Assembly (NCBI GenBank): GCA_918234285.1
Contig: CAKJXZ020000038.1
Span: forward strand, 1-30,080
Direction: 5' to 3'
Source of the DNA: Pseudomonadota bacterium
GTDB lineage: Bacteria > Pseudomonadota > Alphaproteobacteria > RF32 > CAG-239
Length of the DNA stretch: 30,080 nucleotides
The position numbers and the translations under genes were made by a program. The notes beneath the pieces were generated by a model that saw nothing but the letters and a program-made list of their open reading frames with translations, was not told the origin of the DNA and ran no database searches. Positions 27,927-30,080 of this stretch are shown piece after piece. The first letter of the stretch is position 1. The number at the start of each line of letters is the position of its first letter.

Positions 27927-29462
27927 GTGGAAAATTTAGAGCAACAGGCGTCTACATTATTTGGCGAGAAAGAATATGCCAAAGCCCTTGAAATATATCA
28001 GTTGTTGCTGCAAGGGAATCCTAAAAACGAAAAATATGCGATTTCTTGCGGCAACTGTTATGATGCATTGGGCGATAAAGAAACTGCCGTCAGCTATTAT
28101 CTTGAAGCTCATAAAATAAATCGTAATTCCGAAGCAGCCATTATCAACCTCTCTACCATCAGCTACGAATTGCAGGATTATGACAGTGCGGAAGAATATG
28201 CCCGCAAAGCTCTCAGCCTTAACGAAAAAAATATTGCTGCTTGGCAAAACTTAGCCAATATTGCCTTTTGTAACGGCAAATACGATGAGGCGCTGGAATA
28301 TTATCAGAAAATGTATGATTTTAATCATAACAGTTATATTGCCATGATTAATTTGGCTAATACCTACTATTACCTCGGTAAATATGTTTTAGCGCTCGAC
28401 TTTGCTAAAAAATCAATGGATAAACACCCTTCCAGCATAACCGCACATATTTTGGCCGGAAATGCCCTCAATGCTATGGGAAAATACGAAAAGGCCATTG
28501 ATATGTATCTGCGCGCTTATGAATTGGATAACAATAATCTGGAAATGCTTAATTCGCTCAGCGATGCGTATCGTTCCAATAACGATTGGGAAAATTGTAT
28601 GCTGTTTGCCTGGCGCTATATCAAAAATATGGCAGAGCCGTCCAACGCGGCACATTTAAACTTCGGTTATCTGCTATATGAATGCTACTCCGAAAAAAGT
28701 CAGGAATTGGCGCAAAAATATGCCTTAAAGTGGCTGAAGTTTTTCCCTAACAACAAGATTACTCAGCATTTGGGACTGGCTCTTACCAACGGTAAGGCTA
28801 TGCAGGGTTCCGACGCCGACTTTATCAAAGAGACGTTCAACTCATTTGCTCCCGAATTTGAGACCACCCTCGCCGATTTGGAATATCAGGCACCGGATTT
28901 GGTGGCCGAAGCTTTATCCAATAATTTGAAAAAGTCGATATTTAAGCGTTATCATATTTTGGATTTGGGCTGCGGTACCGGTTTATGCGGGCAAAAAGTC
29001 AAACCGTTTGCTTCCAGCCGCGGTTTAATCGGGGTGGATTTATCCGATAAAATGTTGGAAATCGCCGAGCAAAAAGGTATCTATGCCCAGCTTATTTGTG
29101 ATGATATCTGTCATTATATGGAAAACAGCGATTATTTCTTCCATATTATGGTAGCTGCCGACGTGCTGACCTATTTCGGTGACTTAACCAAGGTATTTGT
29201 ACGTATTTGGCGCTCACTGACCCCGGACGGACTGTTTGTCTTTACTTTTTCGGAGAACGAGCTGAATGGCGAAGATTTCTTTATGGCTCCGAGCGGTCGC
29301 TTTGTGCACTCCTACTCTTACGTGGAAAAAGTGCTGAAAAGTGTCGGTTTTAAGCTTATATCCGCTGAAAAGCATATTTTGCGCAACGAGGCGGAAGTGC
29401 CGGTCTACGGCTATGTTGTGGTGGCACGCAAGCCTGATTTGACCAAGCCGCAAGCTCAGTAA
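27927..29462 (+). CDS. TPR-repeat protein with C-terminal class I SAM methyltransferase
   Basis: Multiple TPR units (AWQNLANIAFCNGKYDEALEYY...), FNSFAPEFE...LEYQAP, ILDLGCGTG, GVDLS, AADVLTYFGDL. GAGG RBS, GTG start, TGGTATAAT upstream. Confidence 0.88.
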   Translation: MENLEQQASTLFGEKEYAKALEIYQLLLQGNPKNEKYAISCGNCYDALGDKETAVSYYLEAHKINRNSEAAIINLSTISYELQDYDSAEEYARKALSLNEKNIAAWQNLANIAFCNGKYDEALEYYQKMYDFNHNSYIAMINLANTYYYLGKYVLALDFAKKSMDKHPSSITAHILAGNALNAMGKYEKAIDMYLRAYELDNNNLEMLNSLSDAYRSNNDWENCMLFAWRYIKNMAEPSNAAHLNFGYLLYECYSEKSQELAQKYALKWLKFFPNNKITQHLGLALTNGKAMQGSDADFIKETFNSFAPEFETTLADLEYQAPDLVAEALSNNLKKSIFKRYHILDLGCGTGLCGQKVKPFASSRGLIGVDLSDKMLEIAEQKGIYAQLICDDICHYMENSDYFFHIMVAADVLTYFGDLTKVFVRIWRSLTPDGLFVFTFSENELNGEDFFMAPSGRFVHSYSYVEKVLKSVGFKLISAEKHILRNEAEVPVYGYVVVARKPDLTKPQAQ

Positions 29463-29584
29463 TCTTATCGGAAATAAAAATTTCGGTAAATCTGATAAAC
29501 AATAAAGATATAAACAACTGTATTGTCGGTGTCATATATACCGCATAAAATAAATGTTAAAAATGTGAATAATAGAGGTGCAAA

Positions 29585-30080
29585 ATGCGACAACAGAAAG
29601 TTATCCTCATTACCGGTATGCCGGGGGCGGGAAAAACCACGCTCGTCAAAGAGTTGCAGAAAAAATATGCAAATGCGGTTGCTGTGTCGGTCGATTTAAT
29701 TCAGGAAAGTTTATACGATACGTTGGGCTTTGCCTCGCCGGACGAGCGGCGTAAATTGAAAGCCGCCGCGTTCAAAATTGCCTTGGACGAAGCCTTGAAT
29801 TATACGGAGCAAGGTCTTGTGCCGCTGTTGGAATATCCTTTCTGCGACCGCCACAAAGAAATGCTGACTGCTGCCCTCAAAAACAAAAACATCCTTAATT
29901 TACGGCTTGATTTGCCGCTGGAAGAGGCCTATCGCCGTTTTCATGAACGCGACTTATCCGGCAAGCGGCACCCGGGGCATTACTTCCGGAGTTATCCGCC
30001 TAAAGACGGCGATAAACCGGCATATCAGATTTTTGAAGATTACCGAAGCGCAATGCACCGCACGCATACGCCGGAATTTG
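29585..30080 (+). CDS. P-loop kinase / AAA_33-like ATPase (runs off the window end; absent from the ORF track)
   Basis: GAGGTG RBS, ATG 29585, MRQQKVILITGMPGAGKTTL, later RRFHERD...RHPGH; open to the window edge. Confidence 0.8.
   Translation, partial: MRQQKVILITGMPGAGKTTLVKELQKKYANAVAVSVDLIQESLYDTLGFASPDERRKLKAAAFKIALDEALNYTEQGLVPLLEYPFCDRHKEMLTAALKNKNILNLRLDLPLEEAYRRFHERDLSGKRHPGHYFRSYPPKDGDKPAYQIFEDYRSAMHRTHTPEF

Noticed and set aside
29539-29565. CGCATAA...ATGTTAAA dif-like half sites
   Set aside because: The spacing is too short for an 11-6-11 site and the arms are incomplete.

Overview
Chromosomal window from a moderately AT-rich alphaproteobacterium. This is inferred from gapR, the zitP/ftsE-ftsX-ydcF-plsC and yqeY-dnaG-rpoD syntenies, and divergent yceD/bamE; resemblance to uncultured gut Rhodospirillales-like lineages is only a guess. 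Most of it is housekeeping: rpoD, dnaG, yqeY, ftsEX, plsC, sppA, gatCAB, yejEF-like ABC genes, yceD, bamE, an HD hydrolase, gapR, tRNA-Leu(CAA), a TPR-methyltransferase and a P-loop kinase. The window appears to span the replication terminus, with a dif-like XerCD site at 19760-19787 where gene orientation converges. Next to it are a duplicated XerC arm and an orphan gene fragment, possibly an integration scar. The most unusual elements are: (1) a tandem array of at least two paralogous 21-aa LRR-like proteins with constant caps, hypervariable strand positions and mosaic nucleotide identity, suggesting a diversifying binder repertoire; (2) a 300-bp bor-like cassette bounded by an exact 29-bp repeat of RBS plus start codons; (3) an FtsK motor lacking both the N-terminal membrane domain and the gamma domain; and (4) an uncalled 23-aa membrane peptide with a near-consensus promoter containing an A8 spacer tract. 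All product calls come from motif recognition and synteny, not database searches.
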